The notes: generated by a model not told the origin, from the letters alone. Counted from the stretch's first letter, positions 1 to 10,430 are shown. The stretch: 64,000 bases of DNA from Bacteroidales bacterium (GCA_007132715.1 SLOE01000047.1:24741-88740); one strand, 5' to 3'. A program made the numbers and translations.

Positions 1-614
1 TCTCTTTCGCGACCCCAGCCGGGCATCCTCTGAACACCATGCTCCTCCGGAAAAATGCGGAGCCCGTATTCATCGGCAAGGCGGCCCCAAAGTTCCCTTA
101 CATCATCGTGCCACTGCCCGCAACCCATATGACCGGTAATATGTGTCGCCCGGTGCATGTGCCTCAGGCCCATCTCAATCTGCGCCCTGAACTCGGCTTC
201 AATCTCATCCAGGCACCATTCGGCGTTACTCAGCACTTCATGCGGACTGAAATTGGGGTTGGGCCAGATCATCGGCAAAAAATAGCCGTCGTCACAAGTA
301 ATGGTGGATGCGTTGGTAAGAGGCCTCCATTTCATGTTCTCCCACTCGCTGGTAAGGGTCAGGTGAAGTCCCACATTGATCTGCGGATTCTCTTCCAATA
401 GCCTGACGGCATCGGGAAACCAGGGAGTCGGCATCATCAGCTCAACCGTGGTCACTATTCCGTTCAGATAGCTGTCGATAACCGCCTCGTTGACCGAACG
501 TGCAACGCCAATATCGTCGGCGCGGACAATAAGCCTGACAACGCCCTTATCATGGGTGTCAGCTCCGGCACTGACTGCCAGGATCATAAACAGAAACAAA
601 GAAAAATTTCTCAT
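1..614 (-). CDS. ChbG/YdjC-family carbohydrate deacetylase with signal-like N-terminus (3' end runs off the window)
   Basis: Absent from the ORF track because the frame is open to the window edge. Hand translation from ATG (612-614) gives MRNFSLFLFMILAVSAGADTHDKGVVRLIVRADDIGVARSVNEAVIDSYLNGIVTTVELMMPTPWF...GLHLTLTSEWENMKW, with no stop down to position 1. ADDxG and HLxLT motifs are typical of the YdjC family. The listed ORF 39..401 (+) is its antisense shadow. Confidence 0.7.
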   Translation of the reverse strand, partial: MRNFSLFLFMILAVSAGADTHDKGVVRLIVRADDIGVARSVNEAVIDSYLNGIVTTVELMMPTPWFPDAVRLLEENPQINVGLHLTLTSEWENMKWRPLTNASTITCDDGYFLPMIWPNPNFSPHEVLSNAEWCLDEIEAEFRAQIEMGLRHMHRATHITGHMGCGQWHDDVRELWGRLADEYGLRIFPEEHGVQRMPGWGRER

Positions 615-786
615 TTCAGCAGGTTTTTAGGATTCAGCCCCTTCTGCCGCTGATGCAACAGGCAATCAAGCAGGAAATTCATGGTTTATGGCAAATTACT
701 CCCCTAAGATAGTGTCAATGTTTCAAAAAAATGTACATTTATCAAAATCTTCCAAACCATCACTAAACTACCAAAACCTATTAACA

Positions 787-2304
787 ATGTCAGCTTTTAA
801 AAAAATCAACCGGCGGCAGTTCCTGGGCATGACCGGCTCGGCTGTTGCCTTTACAGTAGTACCCCGCCATGTACTGGGAGGGGTGAACTATGTGGCTCCA
901 AGTGATAAGATCAATCTCGGACTTATCGGCTGCGGAACGCAGCAGATAAGGGAGCTCACCTCCCTTATCACCGACGAAAGAGTACAGGTCGTCTCAATAT
1001 GCGACCCGGTGAAGAACCCGGTGGGCTACGCAGACTGGTCGCCAAACGGGATAAGGAACTCCGTCAGGCAGCTTCTTGGTGACTCCTCATGGGGGGCAAA
1101 CATCAAAGGAATACCTGCAGGCAGGGATGTGGGTAAAGAGGTAGTGGACAAATATTATTCAATGGTAAGACCCGGAGGCAGCCACAGGGGGTGCACCGCT
1201 TACGCCGATTTCAGGGAGATGCTTGAGAAGGAGAGGGACATGGACACGGTGAAGATCATAACGCCCGACCACCAGCATGGCATCCAGGCAATCATGTCGA
1301 TGAAGAAGGGCAAGAACGTGATCATGCACAAACCCGTCGCCAATATAGTGCACGAGGCGCGTCAAACCGTAAAAACCGCCCGGGAAACGGGAGTGGTAAC
1401 GCACCTGCTGGCCTGGGCAGGCAGAAACCAGTATGATGTTGTGAAGAACTGGATAGACCAGGGAGCCATCGGAACCCTCAAAGAGATCCATAACTGGTCC
1501 TTCCGCCCGGTGTGGCCTCAGTGGCCGCAACTGCCGGAGGACAGGCCGCCGGTTCCCGAAGGATTTGACTGGGACCTGTGGCTGGGTCCGGTACCCGACA
1601 GGCCCTACCACCCCAATTTTACCCATAACGTGTATCGCGGATGGTACGATTTCGGTGCAGGCAGCGTAGCCGACATGGGCATATACAGCCTCTGGCCGGT
1701 TTTTACAAAATTCGGCATCACCGTTCCGCCGGTAAGCATTGAGGCACTGGGCACCACAACCAACATCATCACACCCGAAGCGACATGCCAGATGATAGTG
1801 AACCAGCACTCCTTCCCGCACTCGTGCATCTTCAGGTGGAAATTCGAGGCAAGGGGAAGCTCTCCGGCTCTCGACCTGTTCTGGTACGACGGAGGAATGA
1901 AACCCCACAACCCGCCTGAAATGGAGGCCGACGGCAATGAACTTCCAAGGGAAGGTATGATGTTCGTAGGCGACAAGGGCAAGATAATCGGAGGTTTCCA
2001 TGCAAACAACCCGCGTATCATTCCCGAAAGCAGGATGATAGAGTTCACCGGCCAGGCCGATCCTCCGCCAACTTCCACGCAAAGTGGTACCGATGTCTGG
2101 ATAAACGCCGTGCTTAAAGGTGAAATGTCACCGGGAAGTTTCCAGAGCGTTGAGGTGTGCAATGAGACCACCCTGCTGCCCGTTGTTGCGCTCAGGGCCG
2201 GAAGAAAGGTCACTTATGACCCTGAAAAGATGCAGATAACAAACCCGCCCGATGCCAACCGCTTCCTTTACAGGGAAGCTTACAGGAGAGGATGGGAGAT
2301 CTGA
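787..2304 (+). CDS. Gfo/Idh/MocA-family oxidoreductase with twin-arginine signal (GH109-like architecture)
   Basis: ORF 688..2304. The internal ATG at 787 gives MSAFKKINRRQFLGMTGSAVAFTVVP (Tat motif RRxFL), followed by a Rossmann-type segment INLGLIGCGTQQ and a long C-terminal domain. Confidence 0.8.
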   Translation: MSAFKKINRRQFLGMTGSAVAFTVVPRHVLGGVNYVAPSDKINLGLIGCGTQQIRELTSLITDERVQVVSICDPVKNPVGYADWSPNGIRNSVRQLLGDSSWGANIKGIPAGRDVGKEVVDKYYSMVRPGGSHRGCTAYADFREMLEKERDMDTVKIITPDHQHGIQAIMSMKKGKNVIMHKPVANIVHEARQTVKTARETGVVTHLLAWAGRNQYDVVKNWIDQGAIGTLKEIHNWSFRPVWPQWPQLPEDRPPVPEGFDWDLWLGPVPDRPYHPNFTHNVYRGWYDFGAGSVADMGIYSLWPVFTKFGITVPPVSIEALGTTTNIITPEATCQMIVNQHSFPHSCIFRWKFEARGSSPALDLFWYDGGMKPHNPPEMEADGNELPREGMMFVGDKGKIIGGFHANNPRIIPESRMIEFTGQADPPPTSTQSGTDVWINAVLKGEMSPGSFQSVEVCNETTLLPVVALRAGRKVTYDPEKMQITNPPDANRFLYREAYRRGWEI

Positions 2305-2324
2305 CCCACCACAAATGATCAAGG

Positions 2325-2352
2325 ATGCCCGGGAAACAAACCCGGGCATTTT
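2325..2352 (+). terminator. Rho-independent terminator after the oxidoreductase gene
   Basis: ATGCCCGGG-aaacaaa-CCCGGGCAT is a perfect 9-bp stem followed by TTTT, 20 nt after the stop codon. Confidence 0.6.
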
Positions 2353-2389
2353 AACATCCGCCTGCGTGAAACTTTGGATGAAAAAAGTG

Positions 2390-2400
2390 TAAATTTGCAG
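2390..2400 (+). promoter_or_regulatory. Bacteroidota -7 box TAAATTTGcag
   Basis: Matches TAnnTTTG, 28 nt upstream of ATG 2426. It lies too close to the TTG at 2402 for that codon to be the start. Confidence 0.4.
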
Positions 2401-2425
2401 TTTGTTAAATCAATATTCGTCTGAC

Positions 2426-2668
2426 ATGTTGCAATTTCATTGTGAGAGCTGCGGGATAAAGTTTGAGGGCCAGGGAAGGACCCATGAATATAACAGCCCC
2501 GTTTACGGGCCCTGCAGCAAGAAGATAGCCGAGTGCCCCGATTGCGGTGAAACACGCGATGAATACCGCGCACCCAAACAGTCAAAGTCAAAGAATGATT
2601 TCAGGCAGGCTGCACCGGCCATGGGCAGCTGTCCGGCAGGGGGACGCTGTTGTGCCGGACAGGGCTGA
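2426..2668 (+). CDS. Small Cys-rich zinc-ribbon protein (FmdB-like layout)
   Basis: MLQFHCESCGIKFEGQG...AECPDCGETRDEY has two CxxC pairs, and the tail GSCPAGGRCCAGQG is Gly/Cys rich. It has its own -7 box and shares a bidirectional hairpin downstream. Confidence 0.55.
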   Translation: MLQFHCESCGIKFEGQGRTHEYNSPVYGPCSKKIAECPDCGETRDEYRAPKQSKSKNDFRQAAPAMGSCPAGGRCCAGQG

Positions 2669-2739
2669 CATAACCTTTAAATAACGGGTTAGACCCGGCC
2701 TGCAGGTCATAGCAATCAAGGGTAAAGAACCTGAAAAAA

Positions 2740-2758
2740 GGGATGACGGGGTCATCCC
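2740..2758. terminator. Bidirectional hairpin between convergent genes
   Basis: GGGATGAC-ggg-GTCATCCC is flanked by an A-run upstream and a T-run downstream. It overlaps the stop codon of the minus-strand ORF. Confidence 0.5.
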
Positions 2759-3207
2759 TTTTGTGATTTTAGCTCGGCAAGCCTGTCGAGCAGCTTATCC
2801 ATCTCCCCCGGGTCCAGTCCGGGTTTCCGAAGGCTGTCCTCAATTTCCATTATTGTAGAGTCTTTCTCAGAACCTTCTCCGGTTGACGGCAGGTCAGGCT
2901 CACTGCTCTCACCTTTACCGGGAGAAGTAAGGAAGATATCCTCACCGATCTCATCCTTCAGCTGATGGATCATGTTTTCCATCATCTGCCTGAATGGTTC
3001 CCTCAGGTGTTCAGGTATATCATCGGGCATCATATTCTTCATCATCTCGTACTGGTTGAGCATCATCCTGAACTGGCCGGCAAACTGTGGATTAACCCCC
3101 TGTATCTCACCCTCTGACATTTTGTCGGCAAGTTTCCTGAAAAGGGCCAGCAAAGTCTCAAAATTCTGCCTGAAAGAATCATCTTTCCGCTCCATAGTAA
3201 AAATCAT
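2752..3207 (-). CDS. Hypothetical acidic, Met-rich cytoplasmic protein
   Basis: 151-aa ORF starting at ATG with no signal peptide. Methionines are clustered (RMMLNQYEMMKNMMPDD...RQMMENMIHQ) and the C-terminal half is acidic. Confidence 0.55.
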   Translation of the reverse strand: MIFTMERKDDSFRQNFETLLALFRKLADKMSEGEIQGVNPQFAGQFRMMLNQYEMMKNMMPDDIPEHLREPFRQMMENMIHQLKDEIGEDIFLTSPGKGESSEPDLPSTGEGSEKDSTIMEIEDSLRKPGLDPGEMDKLLDRLAELKSQKG

Positions 3208-3349
3208 TATATAATATACGCTGTTATGCCGCCGGTCCTGCTACCGGTACAATTAACCGGCAGGTGCCTCCGTCCGGTGACGAAAACCGGGCAGCATTCA
3301 CAACATTATTATAACAAGTCTCGTGCCGTATTTGTTGTTCCGGGATCAC

Positions 3350-6253
3350 CTATTCCAGTGACTTGAACCCGAAAAGCCCGCTCCTGTATGAGTCTATAGG
3401 TGCGCAGGAGCACATCAGGTTGCGGTCGCCATGGGCATCGTCAACGCGGCTCACAGAGGGCCAGAACTTGTTGTCGGCTATCCACTTCAGGGGATAGGCA
3501 GCCTTTTCCCTGCCGTAGGGCCTGTCCCATCCGTCCGATACAGCCACCTCAGCGGTATGGGGCGCATTCTTCAGCACGTTGTTCTTCTTGTCGGCTTTTC
3601 CTGTGCGTATCTCTTCCATCTCGGCGTAGATAGAGATCATTGCCTCGGCAAACCGGTTCAGCTCATGCAGCGACTCGCTCTCGGTCGGTTCTACCATCAG
3701 GGTGCCGGCTACCGGGAACGATAGAGTTGGCGCATGGAAGCCATAGTCCATCAGCCGTTTTGCAATATCGGCCTCGGTAACCTCCAGCTCCTTGTCCAAC
3801 CGGAACTTACGGCAGTCGATTATCATCTCATGGGCAACAAAACCATTCACCCCCTTGTACAGAACATCATAGTAATCTTTCAGGACCGCCGCCAGGTAAT
3901 TGGCGTTAAGTATGGCCAGGCGGGTTGCTTCGGTCAGCCCTTTCCCGCCGAGCAGTTTAATGTAGGCATGTGATATTGTCAGTATACTGGCGCTCCCGTA
4001 TGGAGCAGCAGCTATCGCCTCAACACCTTTCTCGCCGCCCGTGGTAATGACCGGGTGCCCGGGCAGGAACTCGACAAGGTGGGCAGCAACTCCTATCGGG
4101 CCCATGCCGGGCCCCCCGCCCCCGTGAGGTATGGCAAATGTCTTGTGCAGGTTCAGGTGGCACACGTCGGCTCCCACTATCGCGGGATTGGTAAATCCTA
4201 CCTGCGCGTTCATGTTGGCCCCGTCCATATAAACCTGTCCCCCGTTCTCATGAATTATCTCAGTCATCTCGATGATGCCGGGTTCATATACACCGTGAGT
4301 CGAAGGATAGGTAACCATGAAGGCGGAAAGGTTGTCGCGGTACTGTTCTGCCTTTGCACGCAGCTCTTTAAGGTCGACATTACCATGTTTATCGCATCCC
4401 ACTATCACCACCTCCATGCCTGCCATCACCGCGCTGGCCGGATTGGTGCCATGTGCCGACGAAGGTATCAGGCACACGTTCCGGTGCCCCTCATCCCTGC
4501 TTTCATGATAGCTCCTGATGACCATCAGTCCCGTATACTCACCCGAAGCTCCCGAATTGGGCTGGAAAGAGATCGCATCGTAACCCGTAATCTCGCACAG
4601 GTCGGCCGCCAGCTCATCCATCAGCTCATGGTATCCCTCCGCCTGGCCGGCCGGCACGAACGGATGCAGCGCCCCGAACTCAGGCCAGCTCAGCGGCAGC
4701 AGCTCGGTGGCCGCATTCAGCTTCATGGTGCACGACCCAAGCGATATCATCGAGTGCGTAAGGCTGAAATCTTTTCTTTCTAGTTTCTTGATGTACCTCA
4801 TCAGCTCGGTCTCCGACCGGTAGGCATTGAAAACATCAAGGGTCAGGAATTCGCTTTCGCGGATGAATACTTTATCAATGGCCGTCCTCTCCTCCAGGGA
4901 GCTCACCTCAGGGGCCTCCTTGCCGGCAGCAGCGGCAAAGACTGAAAGGATATTGTTTATGTCCTTTATGAGTGTGGTCTCGTCAAGGCTGATGCCAACC
5001 GTCCTGTCGTCAATATACCTGAGGTTGATCCTGTTCTCCAGAGCCAACTTCTCAATGCCGGCAGCCAGGATATCGCCCGAAAGCGACACCCTGAGTGTAT
5101 CAAAATAGTTGCCGTTCTCCTGCCCGTAGCCCAGGCTTTTCAGTCCGTTCTCAAGGGTGACTGCGCTATGGTGAATATGAAGGGCAATTCTTTTCAGTCC
5201 CTCCGCACCGTGATAGACCGCATACATCCCCGCCATGGTGGCCAGAAGTGCCTGGGCTGTGCAGATGTTGGAGGTGGCTCTTTCACGCTTAATATGCTGT
5301 TCCCTTGTCTGCAACGCCATCCTGAGTGCATGTTTGCCCTGTGCATCGACGGTTACTCCTATTATCCTGCCCGGCACATAACGCTTGAACTTCTCCCTTG
5401 TGGCGAAGTACCCTGCATGCGGACCGCCATATCCCATCGGTATGCCGAAGCGCTGGGTCGAACCCACCACCACGTCGGCGCCCCATTCACCAGGAGGGAT
5501 AAGCAGGGCCAGACTGAGGATGTCGGCTATCACCCCGGTAAATATACCCTGTTCCGAAGCCCTGGTTATGAAAGCCCTGTAATCGTAAATTTTCCCGTCA
5601 CCGGCGGGGTACTGCACCATCACACCGAAATACTCCTGCCCTATATCCGCCTCTGCATAATTCCCTGTTACGAGCTCAATACCCAGCGGAACCGCCCTGG
5701 TACGCAAAACCGCAAGGTTCTGGGTGAAAATATTCTGATCGACAAAAAATTTTGAAGTACCCGACTTCACCTGCTCCCTGCTGCGGGCATTGAACATCAT
5801 GATCATTGCCTCGGCTGCCGCTGTTGATTCATCAAGCAGGGATGCATTTGCCAGCTCCATGCCGGTAAGGTCCATGACAACCGTCTGGAAATTGAGCAGC
5901 GCCTCCAGCCTGCCCTGCGATATCTCTGCCTGGTAGGGGGTATACGAGGTGTACCATGAGGGGTTCTCGAGTATGTTCCTCAGGATTACCGGAGGGAATA
6001 TTGTATTGTAATAACCCATCCCGATAAAGGAGCGGTAGACCTTGTTTTTCGAGGCTATCTCCCAGATCCTCTGAAGATACTCATGCTCGCTGATGCCGTC
6101 AGGCAGGTTCAGCGGTTTTTCGAGCCTTATTGCAGGGGGTATGGTCTTGTCGATAAGCTCGTCGATTGATTTTACGCCGATCTTCTCAAGCATGCTGCCT
6201 GTTTCGTGGGGACGGGGACCGTTATGACGTGAAATGAAACTGTCGAGTGCCAT
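3350..6253 (-). CDS. gcvP: Glycine dehydrogenase (decarboxylating), single-chain P protein of the glycine cleavage system
   Basis: 967 aa. It has the N-terminal FISRHNGP, the [20 protein letters not shown] motif and the PLP region [18 protein letters not shown]. Confidence 0.97.
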   Translation of the reverse strand: MALDSFISRHNGPRPHETGSMLEKIGVKSIDELIDKTIPPAIRLEKPLNLPDGISEHEYLQRIWEIASKNKVYRSFIGMGYYNTIFPPVILRNILENPSWYTSYTPYQAEISQGRLEALLNFQTVVMDLTGMELANASLLDESTAAAEAMIMMFNARSREQVKSGTSKFFVDQNIFTQNLAVLRTRAVPLGIELVTGNYAEADIGQEYFGVMVQYPAGDGKIYDYRAFITRASEQGIFTGVIADILSLALLIPPGEWGADVVVGSTQRFGIPMGYGGPHAGYFATREKFKRYVPGRIIGVTVDAQGKHALRMALQTREQHIKRERATSNICTAQALLATMAGMYAVYHGAEGLKRIALHIHHSAVTLENGLKSLGYGQENGNYFDTLRVSLSGDILAAGIEKLALENRINLRYIDDRTVGISLDETTLIKDINNILSVFAAAAGKEAPEVSSLEERTAIDKVFIRESEFLTLDVFNAYRSETELMRYIKKLERKDFSLTHSMISLGSCTMKLNAATELLPLSWPEFGALHPFVPAGQAEGYHELMDELAADLCEITGYDAISFQPNSGASGEYTGLMVIRSYHESRDEGHRNVCLIPSSAHGTNPASAVMAGMEVVIVGCDKHGNVDLKELRAKAEQYRDNLSAFMVTYPSTHGVYEPGIIEMTEIIHENGGQVYMDGANMNAQVGFTNPAIVGADVCHLNLHKTFAIPHGGGGPGMGPIGVAAHLVEFLPGHPVITTGGEKGVEAIAAAPYGSASILTISHAYIKLLGGKGLTEATRLAILNANYLAAVLKDYYDVLYKGVNGFVAHEMIIDCRKFRLDKELEVTEADIAKRLMDYGFHAPTLSFPVAGTLMVEPTESESLHELNRFAEAMISIYAEMEEIRTGKADKKNNVLKNAPHTAEVAVSDGWDRPYGREKAAYPLKWIADNKFWPSVSRVDDAHGDRNLMCSCAPIDSYRSGLFGFKSLE

Positions 6254-6398
6254 ATAAAGGGTTGTTTATGTTTTTAATGGTTTACTGATTATTTCTTGTA
6301 AAAATAAAAACTGGCTGTGTTGTTTAACAAGACAAATATCATGATATGATTAAACAGTACAGGCAGCTGCACTGTTCAATGTCTGCTGTGGTTGCAGA

Positions 6399-7040
6399 TT
6401 ATCCTTTAAGGAAAGGGTTGAAGCGCTTTTCCTCGCCGATTGTGGTTTCCGGCCCGTGCCCGGGATATACCTTAGCCTCATCGGGAAGCACCAGCAGTTT
6501 TTCTGTAATGGACCTTATAAGGGTGTCGTAATCGCCGCCCGGCAGGTCTGTCCGTCCGATACCCCCGTCGAACAGGACATCCCCTGTAATAACAAAAGCA
6601 TCTTCGCTGCTGTACAGCGCCACGCTGCCTGGTGAGTGTCCCGGCACATGAAACACTTCCAGTGATGAACTGCCAAAAGTTATGGCCTTACCCTCCTCCA
6701 GATAGCTGTCAAGCGGCGGTGGCTCCTCAACCTCAAACCCAAACACCGATCCATACTCCACTGCTTTATCTATCATAAACTCATCATCTGAATGTGCGGC
6801 AATGGACACCTTGAACTTGTTCTTGAAAAAGGAGTTGCCGAGCAGGTGGTCAACATGGCAGTGCGTGTTTATTATCATCACAGGCTCAAGCTGGTTGTTC
6901 TCGATAAAAAAGAGCACCTCTTTCTTCTCCTCAACAGTGTAGCTCCCCATATCAACGAGTACGCAACTGCCTGTTTCGTCATAGAGCAGGTATGCGTTTT
7001 CCTGGAAGGGGTTTACAACGAATTTCTGGACTTTGATCAT
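6399..7040 (-). CDS. MBL-fold metallo-hydrolase (glyoxalase II-like)
   Basis: 213 aa with the THCHVDH metal motif, HVPGHSPG and a C-terminal PGHGPETTIGEE. Confidence 0.9.
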   Translation of the reverse strand: MIKVQKFVVNPFQENAYLLYDETGSCVLVDMGSYTVEEKKEVLFFIENNQLEPVMIINTHCHVDHLLGNSFFKNKFKVSIAAHSDDEFMIDKAVEYGSVFGFEVEEPPPLDSYLEEGKAITFGSSSLEVFHVPGHSPGSVALYSSEDAFVITGDVLFDGGIGRTDLPGGDYDTLIRSITEKLLVLPDEAKVYPGHGPETTIGEEKRFNPFLKG

Positions 7041-7054
7041 AATCGTACCTGATT

Positions 7055-7696
7055 TTATGGTTTCCCTTTCAGCAAAGGAACAAATACAAAGCGCCCGTGT
7101 TCAGTAACCTTAAATTCTTCCTCTGTTATTCTTTCAACACGTGTCATCACCTGGCAACTGCTATCACCTACAGGAATTACCATGATGCCGCCTGTCTTTA
7201 GCTGCAGCTTCAGTTTTCCGGGTATCTCCTGCGCTCCCGCGGTTACCAGTATCCGGTCAAAAGGACCATATGCCGGCTTTCCCTCATAGCCGTCACCGTA
7301 AAAGAAGGTGGCCTTGTACCCCATTGAGGAAAGAAGTGATTGCGCCTTAATGAACAGGTCGCGATGCCTCTCTATGGTGTACACCTTTGCCCCCATCTGG
7401 CACAGTATTGCTGCCTGATAGCCTGATCCGGTGCCTACCTCAAGAACCTTGCAATGCTTCTCAGCTTCGAGAAGCTGTGTCTGGAATGCAACGGTGTAGG
7501 GTTGCGAAATGGTCTGTCCGCATCCAATCGGGAAGGCCTGGTCCTTATATGCATATTTGACAAACCCGGTATCCATGAAATAATGCCTTGGCACCTTAAG
7601 TACTGCATCCAGGACCCTTTCATCTTCGATGCCTTTGCTCCGGATCTCTTCAGCCAGATTTCTTCTTAATCCTTTGTGGCGATATGAATCTGTCAT
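7055..7696 (-). CDS. pcm: Protein-L-isoaspartate O-methyltransferase
   Basis: 213 aa with GQTISQPYTVA and the SAM motif VLEVGTGSGYQAA. It lies 14 nt upstream of the MBL gene, so the two are probably co-transcribed. Confidence 0.93.
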   Translation of the reverse strand: MTDSYRHKGLRRNLAEEIRSKGIEDERVLDAVLKVPRHYFMDTGFVKYAYKDQAFPIGCGQTISQPYTVAFQTQLLEAEKHCKVLEVGTGSGYQAAILCQMGAKVYTIERHRDLFIKAQSLLSSMGYKATFFYGDGYEGKPAYGPFDRILVTAGAQEIPGKLKLQLKTGGIMVIPVGDSSCQVMTRVERITEEEFKVTEHGRFVFVPLLKGKP

Positions 7697-7851
7697 TACT
7701 TATCTCTTTCGGACTGCTAAATTAAACTATTTTTTGTTTCGGGTAAACCAATGCTGAACTATACAATTAACAACAATACGTTGATAAGTTAAACAGACTT
7801 TTTACCGCTGTTCCTTAAAATTGCACGTATCTTTACCGCAAAGATACTATT

Positions 7852-8766
7852 ATGTTGAAAGCCGGCCTGATAGGGAAGCCTGCAGAAGCAGGGCCTGATT
7901 TCAGCCACCCGCGGTTTCATCTGACGGGTTATTTCTGTCCGCCCGGACACGGAACCGGAACAGAAGCTGCCCTGGCCCATTATCTCCCGCCAGTTTCCAA
8001 TGAGGCCCTGCTTCTTGAAAACGATGCCCTTATCTTTTTATATGCAGATCATGACATGATGGGCCTCATTACCGAGGCTGTAAAAATGTCGAGGCATATA
8101 CTGATATGGAACGCCGACAGACTGGATATGGAAGATATCTACCACCTTATCAAGCTCAGGGATGAAGCCGACAATGTTGTTCATATAAGGCGGTACGGCC
8201 GAAGCAGTCCCCTGCTCAGATCGTCGTTAGCCTCAATATCCCACCCATCCCTGTTTAGTTTGAAAAAGGTCTTTACCCCCAAATACCAGGAGAACGGAAA
8301 TCCGGTGTTTCACCGGCACCTTCTTACAGCAGTTGATGCCCTGCTCTATCTGTGTCCGGGCAATATAAAAAAGATCAATACGATGCGGCAAAAATCCGAT
8401 ATGGCATCAACAGGGCTCCTCAGCACATCACTCTATTTTGAGAACGGGTCGGCGGCCAATCTCCTGGTATCTGACATCGGCGGCGAAGACCTCTTTGTTA
8501 TCGAAGCTTACCAGGCAAACAGACTGGTGAGGATCGATATCGGCGACCAGAAACTGGATGTTTTTGAAAGAAGCAGTAACAGGCCAGTAACCGGAAAAAA
8601 TCCGGAAATACCCTTAAAAACGGCTGAACAAATCACCCACTGTGAGCTGGAAACTTTCTCAATGGCTATCGAAGGCCACACTCCGTCAGTTGATCAGCTT
8701 TTTGAAATGGCCCGGTTAAGGGAAATATGCAGGGAGATAGTTGAAAGGTCAGGCTATACCCGATAA
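7852..8766 (+). CDS. Hypothetical protein (possibly a degenerate Gfo/Idh/MocA-like fold)
   Basis: 304-aa ORF starting at ATG. The N-terminus MLKAGLIGKP resembles a Rossmann start but lacks GxGxxG. No confident family call. Confidence 0.5.
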   Translation: MLKAGLIGKPAEAGPDFSHPRFHLTGYFCPPGHGTGTEAALAHYLPPVSNEALLLENDALIFLYADHDMMGLITEAVKMSRHILIWNADRLDMEDIYHLIKLRDEADNVVHIRRYGRSSPLLRSSLASISHPSLFSLKKVFTPKYQENGNPVFHRHLLTAVDALLYLCPGNIKKINTMRQKSDMASTGLLSTSLYFENGSAANLLVSDIGGEDLFVIEAYQANRLVRIDIGDQKLDVFERSSNRPVTGKNPEIPLKTAEQITHCELETFSMAIEGHTPSVDQLFEMARLREICREIVERSGYTR

Positions 8767-9017
8767 ATTAACTTTCACCGGGGATGACCCGGAAACATCA
8801 CACTGATCTTTCTGTTTCCCGTTGTTGGAACAATAACCCAAAAAATAACCGTATATTCCGCACTAATTAAAAAATAATTCATATATTGCTCCACTCAGGA
8901 TTAACATTTCCGTATGATCTGACCTCTACCAGGAAAATTAAATAAGCAATTCCGAACATGTCATTCTGCAATGACATGCGGATTGTGTTGTAGTATCTAT
9001 CAATCAGTTTCCTGGAA

Positions 9018-10430
9018 ATGAGAAACAAGAGGCTTCAGACATTTATTTACCTTTTAGTCGATATTATCTCTTCACTGGCGGCTTGGGTCATCTATTATGT
9101 TTTCTATGTCAAACAATCCGGCTTTGAGCTTTTTCCCGGCTTACACGATCACCCCGAACTGATAAGGGGTGCTGCCCTGTTTCCCTTTTTCTGGATATTC
9201 CTTTATTATTTCTGGGGCTTCTACAGTAACACCACGAGGCGTTCACGTCTGAAGGAGCTGGGTGCATCTCTGACGGTCACATTGTTTGGCACTTTGATCC
9301 TTTTCACTTTTCTTATTTACGCAGATGTTGTGGCAGGTATCTCCAGGAGCTTTTACAACTCCTATCTTGCATTCTTCCTGATACAGTTCTTATTTTCCTA
9401 TTTTCCGAGAGTGACGATCACTTCGATGACCATTTCTGCAATCCGGAAAGGAAGACTGGGATTTAATACAATAATCCTGGGCAGCGACAATAAAGCTGTA
9501 TCCATATACAAGGATATACAGGAACAGATAAGACCTACCGGAAATCAGTTTGTGGGATTTGTAAACATTAACGGCAACAATACATATCCGCTGGAAGAAT
9601 ATATGCCTCACCTGGGCGGACTTGACAAGCTGGGTGAAATAATCTCGAATTACGCGGTGGAGGAAGTAATAATTGCCCTCGAACCAAGCGAGAATGGAAA
9701 AATTGAGAAGATAATAAATATGCTTGACGACCGTGACGTGGAGATCAAGGCAATACCGGGAATGCAGGATATACTTACCGGAAGGGTGAGGGTCAATACC
9801 ATTGTAGCGACCCCGCTGATACAGGTAAGCCATAACCTGATGCCTTCGTGGCAATATAATCTGAAGCAGGGCCTTGACATTATCATTTCCCTTGCAGCCC
9901 TGATATTACTGTTGCCGGTTTCCCTGGCCATAGCTATCTGGATAAAATTCGATTCACGGGGATCTGTAATATACAGTCACGAACGGATAGGCCGGAATGG
10001 CAAGCCTTTTACAATCTATAAATTCCGGACAATGATAGAGAACGCCGAACAGAACGGGCCGGAGCTCTCTTCTGAGAACGATGCCAGGGTTACCCGCCCG
10101 GGGCGGTTTCTGCGAAAGACAAGACTCGACGAAATACCCAACTTTATCAATGTCCTCAAGGGGGAGATGTCAATAGTAGGACCCCGTCCGGAAAGGCAGT
10201 ATTACATAGATCAGATCGTGAAGAATGCACCACATTACAGGTTGCTGCTCAGGGTAAAGCCGGGCATCACTTCATGGGGACAGGTAAAGTACGGATATGC
10301 CGTAAATGTTCAGCAAATGCTGCAACGGCTCAAGTATGATATGATCTACCTTGAGAACATGTCAATATTCGTAGATTTCCAGATACTTATACTTACAGTG
10401 CTGACGATCTTCAAACAAAAAGGGGTCTGA
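9018..10430 (+). CDS. Polyprenyl-phosphate glycosyl-1-phosphate transferase (WbaP/EpsB-type sugar transferase)
   Basis: 470 aa with N-terminal TM helices and a central CoA-binding-like domain. The C-terminal bacterial sugar-transferase domain reads RIGRNGKPFTIYKFRTM...RLDEIPNFINVLKGEMSIVGPRPE. Confidence 0.9.
   Translation: MRNKRLQTFIYLLVDIISSLAAWVIYYVFYVKQSGFELFPGLHDHPELIRGAALFPFFWIFLYYFWGFYSNTTRRSRLKELGASLTVTLFGTLILFTFLIYADVVAGISRSFYNSYLAFFLIQFLFSYFPRVTITSMTISAIRKGRLGFNTIILGSDNKAVSIYKDIQEQIRPTGNQFVGFVNINGNNTYPLEEYMPHLGGLDKLGEIISNYAVEEVIIALEPSENGKIEKIINMLDDRDVEIKAIPGMQDILTGRVRVNTIVATPLIQVSHNLMPSWQYNLKQGLDIIISLAALILLLPVSLAIAIWIKFDSRGSVIYSHERIGRNGKPFTIYKFRTMIENAEQNGPELSSENDARVTRPGRFLRKTRLDEIPNFINVLKGEMSIVGPRPERQYYIDQIVKNAPHYRLLLRVKPGITSWGQVKYGYAVNVQQMLQRLKYDMIYLENMSIFVDFQILILTVLTIFKQKGV

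Noticed and set aside
1159-2213. 307-aa and 202-aa minus-strand ORFs
   Set aside because: Both are antisense to the Tat-signal oxidoreductase gene. They are long open antisense frames with no family features.
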